DNA from: Minisyncoccia bacterium
Lineage (GTDB): Bacteria; Patescibacteriota; Minisyncoccia; Phycocordibacterales; CAIZLB01
Direction of reading: 5' to 3'
DNA: 64,000 nt
Assembly (NCBI GenBank): GCA_041752275.1
Contig: JBGSHK010000012.1
Coordinates: 18,346-82,345 of the forward strand
The position numbers were made by a program, and so were the translations under genes. Shown here piece after piece: positions 39,906 to 49,124 of this stretch (its first letter is position 1; each line of letters opens with the position of its first letter). The notes beneath the pieces were generated by a model. That model made no database searches, was not told the origin of the DNA, and saw nothing but the letters and a program-made list of their open reading frames with translations.

Positions 39906-40067
39906 ATGCATACAAATAATTCAAATAAACAAGCTTTATTAGAGAAACAAAAGTCTTTACTTGCTAGACAGAAAAAAGTCAAAGCTCAAAAAAAAATTTT
40001 GCTTTTGATAAAATTTTCTCGTGATACAGAAAAATTAAACGTAATAAAAACAAAATTATATGCCTAA
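39906..40067 (+). CDS. Small basic 53-aa protein (not in the ORF track)
   Basis: MHTNNSNKQALLEKQKSLLARQKKVKAQKKILLLIKFSRDTEKLNVIKTKLYA*; TG-a-TATAAT 6 nt upstream; stop overlaps the start of the next gene. Confidence 0.55.
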   Translation: MHTNNSNKQALLEKQKSLLARQKKVKAQKKILLLIKFSRDTEKLNVIKTKLYA

Positions 40068-41037
40068 TACATTAGAGAACGCTCCAGCACAAAATACTAA
40101 TTTAGATTTAAAAGAATTAGATAATCATGTTACAGAAGAAGAAATTGATCAAGTCGAAGGTTTCTTAAATGATTTTGAAAAAAATTCTAATGTTGTAACA
40201 GAAGAAGATATTAATGAGGTCGAATCATTTCTAGACGATTTTGAGTCTAAAACAAAGGAAGATGAAGGCTCTATATCAGAGAAAAAATCTGAGCTTGTGG
40301 AAAGCGGAATTGAAAATAAACCCCTGAAAGAGACCGAGCAATTTTTATTGGATTTGGAAAATCCTGAAGACTTTATGCATGAGATTCAGTCACTCGATGA
40401 GGATAAGCTAGAGTTTTTAGTTAATTGTATAAATGAAAATAATTCATCCGCCATAGAAAGTTTTGTTTCTAACCCGTCTAATTTCTGGGACGCATTAGAA
40501 GAGGCTTTGTCTTTAACAAAGCCCGATAATGGTGTCATGTATAGAAATCTAAAATCTGATTTAACTGATAAGGATTTTGACAATAAGGAATCAGTTGTAG
40601 GAAAAGAAACGTTTGAAAAATTTGATGATGCAAAAGGTCTGGTCTACCACAAAGATAAAAATAACAAGCTGGCACAGCCACAGATCCTGCTTAATTTTTA
40701 TAATGGCAAATGGAATCTTATAAGCAGTGTTACCAATCTTGATGGAGGTTCAACTCCTGGTCAGGATATAGAATCGTACTCTGCTGATATTGCTGGAGTT
40801 GAAGTTGAGTCAGGTGATGAGATTGATAATGACAAGGCTACTAGAGTTGTAAACATAGGTGCTGATACAATAAATCAAGAAATTACAACGCACTATCTTT
40901 TGGCGGAAGCAGAGAAAATGGTAATACCTAAAGAACATTTTTCTTGGTTTGCATTAGATCAAATCGAGTATCTTAATTTGGATGATAAAGCCAGAGAGAT
41001 TATTACTAAGGCGACAGAATTTTTGACTAAAGAATAA
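40060..41037 (+). CDS. Acidic hypothetical protein
   Basis: 325 aa, D/E-rich, N-terminal duplicated motif VTEE(E/D)I..VE.FL.DFE. Confidence 0.75.
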   Translation: MPNTLENAPAQNTNLDLKELDNHVTEEEIDQVEGFLNDFEKNSNVVTEEDINEVESFLDDFESKTKEDEGSISEKKSELVESGIENKPLKETEQFLLDLENPEDFMHEIQSLDEDKLEFLVNCINENNSSAIESFVSNPSNFWDALEEALSLTKPDNGVMYRNLKSDLTDKDFDNKESVVGKETFEKFDDAKGLVYHKDKNNKLAQPQILLNFYNGKWNLISSVTNLDGGSTPGQDIESYSADIAGVEVESGDEIDNDKATRVVNIGADTINQEITTHYLLAEAEKMVIPKEHFSWFALDQIEYLNLDDKAREIITKATEFLTKE

Positions 41038-41056
41038 TTATTATATAATTCTAATT

Positions 41057-41704
41057 ATGGAAAGATCAGATATTGAATCATTGGGGGATAGAAAATCCTT
41101 TAAAGACATGTATAAAGAACTTGATGCAGAAACAAAAGATCTTGTAGACAAGCAGGTGTACAATACTTTCAATGCATATGTAAAAAGACTGAGGTTGTCT
41201 ACAGAAGACTTAACAAAGTCGATATTGGATGTTGGTACGGGCGGCGGGGGTTTTATATATTACTTAAGGGAGTATTTAAATAATGATAAAGCATATGGAA
41301 TAGATAAGAAAACAAAAGAAGGTAATAAGTGTGATGACGACTTTATTATAGTCGGTGACGCTCTTGAATTACCGTTTGAAAATGAGTCGTTTGAGATCGT
41401 TGTATCAAAACATTGTATACCTCAGTTTCTATCAGATGAAATAAAAATGTTTAAATCAATAAATGAGCTTATTAGAGTCGCCAAAAAAGGTGGAAAAATT
41501 GTGGCTGATATCTCTTCACCTGAAGCTGAATCAGAATATCTTGAAGATACAGATAATCAACAAAAAAATAAAACACGTTATGAAAATTCGATTAAATTGC
41601 AGGACTATATTAATGCGTTAAATCCTGATGAATATCAAGTATCTTTTGTAAATTTAATTGATGGTTCATTGCACAAGGTTGTGGCAATTGAAAAATTAGT
41701 ATAG
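41057..41704 (+). CDS. Class I SAM-dependent methyltransferase
   Basis: ILDVGTGGG, GDALELPFENESFE, RVAKKGG. Confidence 0.88.
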   Translation: MERSDIESLGDRKSFKDMYKELDAETKDLVDKQVYNTFNAYVKRLRLSTEDLTKSILDVGTGGGGFIYYLREYLNNDKAYGIDKKTKEGNKCDDDFIIVGDALELPFENESFEIVVSKHCIPQFLSDEIKMFKSINELIRVAKKGGKIVADISSPEAESEYLEDTDNQQKNKTRYENSIKLQDYINALNPDEYQVSFVNLIDGSLHKVVAIEKLV

Positions 41705-41756
41705 ATAATTATCTTACTTAAAATCAACCCTTCTCGAGAGCTCGAACTAGCTCTCT

Positions 41757-41792
41757 CTTTGGTGACCCCACGGACTTTGGTGACCCCACGGA
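41757..41792. repeat. Tandem 18-bp duplication of the tRNA-Glu 3' end
   Basis: ctttggtgaccccacgga at 41757-41774 and 41775-41792. Confidence 0.85.
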
Positions 41793-41852
41793 GAGTCGAA
41801 CTCCGCTTAACAGATTGAAAACCTGCTGTCCTAACCGATAGACGATGGGGCC
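41778..41852 (-). tRNA. tRNA-Glu(TTC)
   Basis: GGCCCCA/TGGGGTC plus ACCA, anticodon loop ttTTCaa, GTTCGAC T-loop. Confidence 0.95.
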
Positions 41853-41887
41853 TTATTTATCTGTTGTATTATAACAACAAATGAGAT

Positions 41888-42241
41888 TTAAAGCAAATTA
41901 TTATCTTTCTTAATTTTCATAAGTTTAGAAATTACTTGCTCAAACCTTTCAATCTCTTTTTCTATTTTTGTTATTTCTAATTTTGAGTTAAAATCTTTTT
42001 TGCCCGATAATTCTATTTTTCTTTTTAAATGCTTTAAAGTATTGACACTTAATTTGGATGTTTCTATTAAGTTGTTTATGTTTTGGTCCAGTAAAGCGTG
42101 TTCTTTTGCCAAATTCTCTTGTTCAGAGACTATTTCATCATCTGATATGCTTTCTATAGGTTCTTCCATATGATCATTCCAAACATCTGCATGATTTTCA
42201 TGTAAGCTGCCTTTATTAAAGTTTTGGTCAAAATTTATCAT
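41888..42241 (-). CDS. Hypothetical coiled-coil protein
   Basis: 117-aa ORF, K/E-rich. Confidence 0.6.
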   Translation of the reverse strand: MINFDQNFNKGSLHENHADVWNDHMEEPIESISDDEIVSEQENLAKEHALLDQNINNLIETSKLSVNTLKHLKRKIELSGKKDFNSKLEITKIEKEIERFEQVISKLMKIKKDNNLL

Positions 42242-42316
42242 ATAAATTAAATAATACTATCAAAAGCCATATAAAACTATTTGCCTCTCATAAAACTTTA
42301 TGCTATATTATTGAGC

Positions 42317-42622
42317 ATGTTAAACATAAGATTACAAAGAGTTGGGAGAAAAAACGACCCATCATTTAGACTAGTATTAATAAACTCAAAGTATGCCGCA
42401 AGAAGTGGTAAGGCTATTGAAGTACTTGGTTCTGTTGATTTTCGTAAAAAAACTATAGATAAAACAACTTTTAAGGCTGATAAGATTAAAGCTTTCATCA
42501 AAGATGGTGCACAGGTGTCACCGACAGTTCACAATCTATTTGTAAGTGCTGGTATTTTAGAAGGTAAAAAGAAAAACGTTTTACCTAAAAAAACTCCTCA
42601 GAAAAAAGAAGAGAAGAAATAA
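42317..42622 (+). CDS. rpsP: 30S ribosomal protein S16
   Basis: MLNIRLQRVGRKNDPSFRLV...G..IEVLGS...GAQVSPTV. Confidence 0.96.
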   Translation: MLNIRLQRVGRKNDPSFRLVLINSKYAARSGKAIEVLGSVDFRKKTIDKTTFKADKIKAFIKDGAQVSPTVHNLFVSAGILEGKKKNVLPKKTPQKKEEKK

Positions 42623-42712
42623 TATTCATAACAAAAACAGCGATACTATACATTCAGCTGTTTTTTGTTATAATATAATCATTACCAATAATCAGTAATC
42701 AAAAACAAACAT

Positions 42713-42976
42713 ATGGAACAAATAGACGACACACAATTTCTTTTAAATATAATAAAACCTCTTGTTGAAGATCAGGAAAATATTAAAGTTATTAGAACTG
42801 TAGATGAGATGGGAGTTTTGTTGACTTTAGAGGTTAACAAAAACGACATGGGTAAAATCATAGGTCGTGAAGGTTCTACAGCTAAAGCGATAAGAACATT
42901 GCTTAGAGTTTTTGGTATGAAAAATAATTCTAGATTAAATCTAAAGATCAACGAGCCAGCTGAGAATGCTCAATAA
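42713..42976 (+). CDS. khpA: KH-domain RNA-binding protein (KhpA/YlqC)
   Basis: DMGKIIGREGSTAKAIRTLL; follows rpsP. Confidence 0.92.
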   Translation: MEQIDDTQFLLNIIKPLVEDQENIKVIRTVDEMGVLLTLEVNKNDMGKIIGREGSTAKAIRTLLRVFGMKNNSRLNLKINEPAENAQ

Positions 42977-42982
42977 AAAGAC

Positions 42983-43087
42983 GCCTGTCCAAGAAATGAC
43001 AGGCTCTTTTTTGTTCAGGTTTGATCCCTAAAACCACACCAAATAAAAACTCATTCTTTGTTTGAATGATGTTTTTATTTGGTGTGG
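42983..43087 (+). terminator. Terminator (loop CAAGAAAT) followed by a 23-bp hairpin
   Basis: gcctgtc-caagaaat-gacaggc plus T-tract; ccacaccaaataaaaactcattc ... gaatga(t)gtttttatttggtgtgg at 43034-43087. Confidence 0.7.
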
Positions 43088-43110
43088 ATTGTGATATAGT
43101 TACTTAAAAT

Positions 43111-44193
43111 ATGATATTCAACTTTTTAAACAAAATTTCCTCAAATAAGATCTCAAATTTAAAAAAAGGTCAAAATGTTGGTATAGATTTAGGTACTGCA
43201 AATACTCTTGTATATGTTGAAGGTAAAGGTGTTGTTATAAATGAACCTTCTGTTGTTGCTATAAATCAAAAGACAAATCAAGTTGTCGCTGTTGGAAATC
43301 AAGCTAAGATTATGCTTGGAAAAACACCTAGTCATATATCCGCAATACGTCCCCTGGTTGACGGTGTTATCTCTGATTTTGAAGTAACTGAAGAAATGCT
43401 TTCTTATTTTATAAAAAAAACGGCAGAAATATTAAAAGTATCTTATTTACAATCCGTTGTTATAGGTGTTCCTTATGGGGTTACAAATGTTGAGCGACGT
43501 GCCGTACGTGATGCTGCTTACAATGCTGGAGCCAGATATGTTTTTATCATAGAAGAACCTATTGCAGCAGCTGTAGGTATAGGTATTTCCATAAAAGAAG
43601 CGGAAGGAAATATGGTAATAGATATTGGTGGAGGTACAACTGATATAGCCATCATGTCTTTGAGTGGTATTGTTCGCGGTAAAAATCTAAAAGTGGCAGG
43701 AGATAGATTTAACACAGATATTATTTCTTATATAAGAAATGAGTTTAAAGTTTTAGTTGGAGAGAAAAGTGCTGAACAATTAAAAATAGAGCTTTCAAAC
43801 ATAATACCTTCAGATCCTGTTCGAGAGTCAAACATAAGAGGGAGAGATCTAGTTACAGGTTTACCTAAAGAAGTTACTGTTACTGAAGAAGATATACATG
43901 ATGCAATACATTTGTCTGCCGATTCTCTTTTTGAATCAGTAAAAGAAGTTTTAGAGTCAACTCCACCAGAAGTTGTTTCCGACATAATGCAAAATGGTAT
44001 TTATTTAACAGGTGGAGGGGCTCTTATAAAAGGCTTTGATGAGGCTTTGTCAGAATATCTTGGTATAAAAGTTTATGTAGCCGAAGATCCCTTAACTGCT
44101 GTTGTTCGAGGTACAGGACTTATTGCTGCAAATATAGATTATTATAAAGATATAATTATAGAAAATGAAGATGAATTATCAATCAGGAGATAA
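43111..44193 (+). CDS. mreB: Rod shape-determining protein MreB
   Basis: GIDLGTANT, EPSVVA, RPLVDGVISDF, IDIGGGTTD, LTGGGAL. Confidence 0.97.
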   Translation: MIFNFLNKISSNKISNLKKGQNVGIDLGTANTLVYVEGKGVVINEPSVVAINQKTNQVVAVGNQAKIMLGKTPSHISAIRPLVDGVISDFEVTEEMLSYFIKKTAEILKVSYLQSVVIGVPYGVTNVERRAVRDAAYNAGARYVFIIEEPIAAAVGIGISIKEAEGNMVIDIGGGTTDIAIMSLSGIVRGKNLKVAGDRFNTDIISYIRNEFKVLVGEKSAEQLKIELSNIIPSDPVRESNIRGRDLVTGLPKEVTVTEEDIHDAIHLSADSLFESVKEVLESTPPEVVSDIMQNGIYLTGGGALIKGFDEALSEYLGIKVYVAEDPLTAVVRGTGLIAANIDYYKDIIIENEDELSIRR

Positions 44194-44989
44194 ATTAAAA
44201 AATAGATATTTGTCAAACGATGCTTTTACAAGTTTAAAAAATAAACTTGGAGGTAGAAGTATTACAAGTCTTGGAAATAATAGAAAAAGAAATGGATATA
44301 AAATTGTAAATCAAGGCATGAGTCTTTTTGAATATAGAAATATTTTTTATAAAACATTATTGATCATTTTATTAATTATTATTTGTATATACACAATACC
44401 TCAAACAAGATATTTTCTGCATGGTTATGTAGCACAGAGTTTAAGTAGTCAAGGTGAAAATACTGCCTTGAATATGTCTATTGCCACCGATGATTCATAT
44501 GACATTGCTCCTGTTTTTTTAAAAACAGATCAATTTTTAGCAAAGCAAAAAGAAAATTACATATCTGATGGATTATATGTTTATGATTTTATAAGTAAAA
44601 ATATTATTGGCACAACTTTAGAAAATTCTTCTTCAACTATAAAAATAAAATTATTTTCAGATTCTGGATATAAAAATAATTTTTTAATAGAGCAAGAAAA
44701 TGTTATAAATATTGCAACAACTTCTTCAAGTACAGAAATAGTACAAGAGTTTGGTAATACTTATGAATCACATGTTTTTGAAGGCTTAGGTTATGGGCAA
44801 ATTGTCGCAAAGGTTCCACCAAAAACTGTTGTTAAAAAAGATTCTTATCTATATGTTAGGACGTTGGATGGATTAAAACCTTTTGCTAAAATTATAAATG
44901 TGGATGAAGATAATAAATCAACTTTTACCATAATATATGCACAACTTTTAATTTCCCCTCAAAATGTATATAAAGTTATTTTTAAATAA
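44165..44989 (+). CDS. mreC: Divergent MreC-like protein
   Basis: Lies between mreB and PBP2; TM helix plus beta-rich extracytoplasmic part; weak sequence resemblance. Confidence 0.55.
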   Translation: MKMNYQSGDKLKNRYLSNDAFTSLKNKLGGRSITSLGNNRKRNGYKIVNQGMSLFEYRNIFYKTLLIILLIIICIYTIPQTRYFLHGYVAQSLSSQGENTALNMSIATDDSYDIAPVFLKTDQFLAKQKENYISDGLYVYDFISKNIIGTTLENSSSTIKIKLFSDSGYKNNFLIEQENVINIATTSSSTEIVQEFGNTYESHVFEGLGYGQIVAKVPPKTVVKKDSYLYVRTLDGLKPFAKIINVDEDNKSTFTIIYAQLLISPQNVYKVIFK

Positions 44990-45008
44990 AATTTTTAAAT
45001 AAAATTAA

Positions 45009-46778
45009 ATGATAAAAAATAGAAAAGATATATCACCTGAAGATATACTTATTGATCAATTAAATTTACCTTCTTTTGATTATAGTCAACTTGAAGGAAG
45101 AATAGTTAAACCTATTCCAAACTATATATTTTACATAATAATATTTATAGTAATTTTATTTTTCACTTTGTTTTTTATCAGTTCATACAACCTTCAAATA
45201 GTTAAAGGTGATTATTATGAAAATAAAGCTGAAAATAATCGTTTCGATACAACACCTATTTTTGCATCACGGGGTATTATATATGACAGAAATAAAATAC
45301 CTTTAGCTTGGAATGAAAATACAGCTACTACAACAACAGCCTTATCAACTGAAAATACTCAAATTAGAAAATATAAAAATTCTGATGGTATAGGGAATCT
45401 TTTAGGTTATATAAAATTTCCCAAAAAAGATAAAAATGGATTTTATATAAATAAAGAAGTTGAGACTATAGGTGGTATAGAAAAATATTATAATAATACA
45501 TTAAACGGTAAACCTGGTTTTTTTTATTCTGAAACAGATTCTTTGGGAAATTTAATTTCTCAGAATATTGTTGATTTACCCTCCAACGGAGATGATTTAT
45601 ATCTAACAATAGATTATGAAATACAATCAGCTTTGTTTAAAACTTTTCAAAAAGCAGAAAAGGAAAGTAATTATAATGGAGGTGTAGCTTTAATAACAGA
45701 TCTTAGAGACGGATCTATACTTGCTGCCGTCACATATCCTGATTTTGATGCAAATACTATGTCTATTGGAACAGATGTTGAAAAAATATCATCATATATA
45801 AATGATGTAAGAAGTGTTTTTTTAAACAGATATACGGATGGATTATATGCACCAGGTTCTATTATTAAACCTGTGTTTGCCTTGGCTGGTTTAAATGAAG
45901 GTGTTATAAACCCAAGAGAGAAAATATTATCTACAGGTAGACTTGTTGTGCCAAATCCGTATAGCCCAGGTAATGACACTGTGTTTAAAGACTGGAAAGC
46001 TCACGGCTACACTGATGTTAGAGAAGCTATAGCTGTATCATCTGACGTTTATTTTTATACCATAGGCGGAGGTGTTCCTGATCGTAAAGGTTTAGGTATA
46101 ACAAAACTTAATGAATATTCTAAATATTTTGGATTGGATAAAGTATATGAAAATAGTTTTTTTAAAACAAAAACATCTGTTATACCAAATCCTGAATGGA
46201 AACTCAAAGCTTTTGATGGTGATATATGGAGATTGGGAGACACATATAACTCATCCATTGGTCAATATGGTTTTTCTGTATCACCCATACAAACTCTTGG
46301 TATGACTATGATGTTGGCAAAAGATGCAAAAAATGTACCCGAATTAAAAATAAATACAGCTGATCAAACTAAATATATTTCTATTCCTGATAAATTAAAA
46401 AAAATAAATCCTGAATATTATAAAGAAATATCGGAAGGTATGAGACTAACTGTAACAGCTGGTACAGCACAATCTCTAAACTTTGAAGGTTTGAAGCTTG
46501 CAGGAAAAACAGGGACAGCTCAAACAGGAAATAGGAATCAATTTATAAACTCATGGTTTGTTGGTTTTTGGCCATATACTGATCCAAAATATGCCATAGT
46601 ATATATGTTGGAAAAAGGTCCATATACCAACACAAGAGGTGCTGCGTCATATTTAAGAGAATTTTTACAGCAATGTGCGATTTATCAATGTGATTTTGAA
46701 AATAAAGACAATAAAGATATACCGGCCGCCTTACCAAAATCGACTACAACTATAAATGAAATAGAAATAGAAACATAA
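45009..46778 (+). CDS. mrdA: Penicillin-binding protein 2 (class B transpeptidase)
   Basis: RGIIYDRN, PGSIIK (SxxK), SSD (SxD), KTGTAQ. Confidence 0.92.
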   Translation: MIKNRKDISPEDILIDQLNLPSFDYSQLEGRIVKPIPNYIFYIIIFIVILFFTLFFISSYNLQIVKGDYYENKAENNRFDTTPIFASRGIIYDRNKIPLAWNENTATTTTALSTENTQIRKYKNSDGIGNLLGYIKFPKKDKNGFYINKEVETIGGIEKYYNNTLNGKPGFFYSETDSLGNLISQNIVDLPSNGDDLYLTIDYEIQSALFKTFQKAEKESNYNGGVALITDLRDGSILAAVTYPDFDANTMSIGTDVEKISSYINDVRSVFLNRYTDGLYAPGSIIKPVFALAGLNEGVINPREKILSTGRLVVPNPYSPGNDTVFKDWKAHGYTDVREAIAVSSDVYFYTIGGGVPDRKGLGITKLNEYSKYFGLDKVYENSFFKTKTSVIPNPEWKLKAFDGDIWRLGDTYNSSIGQYGFSVSPIQTLGMTMMLAKDAKNVPELKINTADQTKYISIPDKLKKINPEYYKEISEGMRLTVTAGTAQSLNFEGLKLAGKTGTAQTGNRNQFINSWFVGFWPYTDPKYAIVYMLEKGPYTNTRGAASYLREFLQQCAIYQCDFENKDNKDIPAALPKSTTTINEIEIET

Positions 46779-46786
46779 AAAATAAT

Positions 46787-47980
46787 ATGAAACGAGACGA
46801 TTTCAAAAAAATAAAAATAGAAGAAGTCCCGGGAGTTTACTTTTTTCAAAAAGGAAAAGATATTTTGTATATTGGTAAGGCAGCATCTTTAAAAGAAAGA
46901 GTAAAGAGTTATTTTTCATCTGATCTTATAAAAACACGAGGCATGTTTTTGGTGGATATGGTGGCGAAAGCGGACAATATAAAATTTCAAAAAACTAACT
47001 CTGTACTCGAAGCACTTCTTTTAGAGACTGAACTCATAAAGAAAAATAAGCCGTATTATAACACTAAAGAAAAAGATGATAAAAGTTATTCTTATGTACA
47101 AATAACAGAAGATGATTTTCCTATTGTGCAAATAATTCGTGGTAAAGATCTTACTGATGCCCAAAAAAAATCAGATAGTTTCTTCGGTCCTTTTACCTCA
47201 ACTGTACAACTTCGTGCCGCTCTTAAAATAGTACGTAAACTTTTTCCATATAGAGATGAAAAATGTCTTGTTGGAAAAAATAAACCCTGCTTTAACTTGC
47301 AGTTAGGTTTGTGTCCAGGAACTTGTGTTGATGCCATATCTATCAAAGAGTATAAAAAACAAATAGAGAAAATAAAATTATTTTTATCAGGAAATACAGA
47401 TAAGGTACTGAAGATTTTACAAAAAGATATGTTGGACTTAGCAAAGAAAAAAGAGTTTGAACAAGCTGCATTTGTACGAAATAAAATATACGCTTTAAAT
47501 CATATAAATGATATTTCTCTTATGAACAGAGAACAGTCAGAAAATGATGTGCGTATAGAAGCATATGATATAGCACATATGTCTGGTAAAAACATGATAG
47601 GTGTTATGGTTGTTATGTTAAACGGTCAGTTCTTAAAACATGAATATAAAAAGTTTATCATAAAGGGACAAGAAAATGCTGACGACGGCAAAGCTTTGTT
47701 TGAAGTTTTAACACGTCGCTTTAAACATACAGAATGGCAAAAGCCAAATCTTATAGTAACTGACGGAAATAAAGTTCAACTAGGTATAGCACAGCACTTT
47801 TTTAAAGATGCAGTTTCTATAGTAAAAGACGATAAGCATAGAGCTAGGGAAGTGTTGAATAAAGAAGTTTTAAAAGAGAAAAACATAAAAGAAGAAGAGA
47901 TAATAAAAATAAATGCAGAAGCGCATAGATTTGCAATAAAGTTTTTTAGAGAGAAGTTGAGAAAGAGTGCTTTGTTATAG
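46787..47980 (+). CDS. uvrC: Excinuclease ABC subunit C (short form)
   Basis: PGVY..YIGKA..L..RV.SYF GIY-YIG, UVR domain FEQAA, RIEAYDIAH, PNLIVTDG, EAHRFAI; no C-terminal HhH. Confidence 0.9.
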   Translation: MKRDDFKKIKIEEVPGVYFFQKGKDILYIGKAASLKERVKSYFSSDLIKTRGMFLVDMVAKADNIKFQKTNSVLEALLLETELIKKNKPYYNTKEKDDKSYSYVQITEDDFPIVQIIRGKDLTDAQKKSDSFFGPFTSTVQLRAALKIVRKLFPYRDEKCLVGKNKPCFNLQLGLCPGTCVDAISIKEYKKQIEKIKLFLSGNTDKVLKILQKDMLDLAKKKEFEQAAFVRNKIYALNHINDISLMNREQSENDVRIEAYDIAHMSGKNMIGVMVVMLNGQFLKHEYKKFIIKGQENADDGKALFEVLTRRFKHTEWQKPNLIVTDGNKVQLGIAQHFFKDAVSIVKDDKHRAREVLNKEVLKEKNIKEEEIIKINAEAHRFAIKFFREKLRKSALL

Positions 47981-48012
47981 TAAAAAAAACACAACCACGA
48001 TATAATAAAACC

Positions 48013-48981
48013 ATGCAAAAGTTTCTATTTATTAAACCAGCACATATAGAAGATGAACAAGTCAGATATCATACAAGTGAAGATATTTTATCTTTAGAAC
48101 AAACTCTTATAAAAATATATAAAGATATAAATATAGATATATGTGCAGTAACATTAGATGATGATTGGCTTATACAGGGCAGAAACATAACTCCAGAAGT
48201 TAAACTTAAAACTTATGATAGGGTTTTTGTATTTGTTCACAATATTGACAAGACTATTGACAACATAAATTCCATTTTAAAAATATTTTCTCATAAGTAC
48301 ACACATCTTTACAAAGCAGAAGACGAGATATTTCACAATGCAGAAAAACTAGAAAGTTTAATAAAAATAAACAATACAGCTGGTTTTAAAATAAAATTTC
48401 CACATCAAATACATATCAATGCACGTGAGTGTAATGACAATGCAATAACTACCGGAGAAATAGTTTCAAAACATATAAGGCATTTGTTTTTACCAATACA
48501 TACTTTAGAGACAAAACATTCAAAACATAAAAATCATAAAAATATAAATCTTTCATACAATGCATTGGAGTTTATGGAAAATATAGACATATTCAGGCAT
48601 AAGTTTGATGACTTAACATTCAGAGAGTATATAGAAGGAGAACATGTTTATATAACAGTTATACCAGATTTTAAAGGTCAAGATTTTTATACAGGTATAC
48701 CGTTGGTTTTAAAAAACGTTAATGGTGTAGAAATTTTTGACATTGCCAATCTTTCTTTCTTGGAAAAAGAAGGAGTAAAAAATGTAGCTATAAATATTTC
48801 CAAAATATCTTTTCATAATCAGCCTGTGGTGTATAAACTTTCCGTTCACCCAAAAAGAGGGGTTTTTGTACAACATTCATCATCACTTTTAACATATCTT
48901 CTGTACTATCCTGACTTTGTATTTGAGACTGCGGGGTCTTTGGGTATAGATATTGAGGAATTTGTAGGGAAAATTTTTTAA
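48013..48981 (+). CDS. Hypothetical protein, degenerate ATP-grasp (Ddl-like)
   Basis: REYIEGE..ITVI.DFKG...Y..IP resembles the Ddl C-domain; KP/GSS and ExN motifs absent. Confidence 0.5.
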   Translation: MQKFLFIKPAHIEDEQVRYHTSEDILSLEQTLIKIYKDINIDICAVTLDDDWLIQGRNITPEVKLKTYDRVFVFVHNIDKTIDNINSILKIFSHKYTHLYKAEDEIFHNAEKLESLIKINNTAGFKIKFPHQIHINARECNDNAITTGEIVSKHIRHLFLPIHTLETKHSKHKNHKNINLSYNALEFMENIDIFRHKFDDLTFREYIEGEHVYITVIPDFKGQDFYTGIPLVLKNVNGVEIFDIANLSFLEKEGVKNVAINISKISFHNQPVVYKLSVHPKRGVFVQHSSSLLTYLLYYPDFVFETAGSLGIDIEEFVGKIF

Positions 48982-48982
48982 G

Positions 48983-49073
48983 TAAATTTATTTATTGCAT
49001 TCCGTTTCTGGTCCTCGGAGGTTTGTCTAGGACAAACACTCCTGCGGAGAAACTCATTCCATAAATAAATTTA
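48983..49073. repeat. ~90-bp nested palindromic intergenic repeat, copy 1
   Basis: Terminal inverted repeat taaatttatttat/ataaataaattta, core gtttgtc-tag-gacaaac; near-identical to 52106-52194. Confidence 0.85.
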
Positions 49074-49124
49074 AGTAATCTGACTCTCGAAAAAACAATA
49101 AATCTATGCTAAAATACTCATTAT

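Larger units (their letters stand above)
29890..41739. mobile_element. ~11.85-kb integrative island next to tRNA-Glu (DRT2 + methyltransferase-terminase module + large serine recombinase)
   Basis: Direct repeat CCTTCTCGAGA at 29890-29900 and 41729-41739; recombinase and phage genes inside; the apparent tRNA-Glu trailer is displaced to 29796-29880. Confidence 0.7.
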
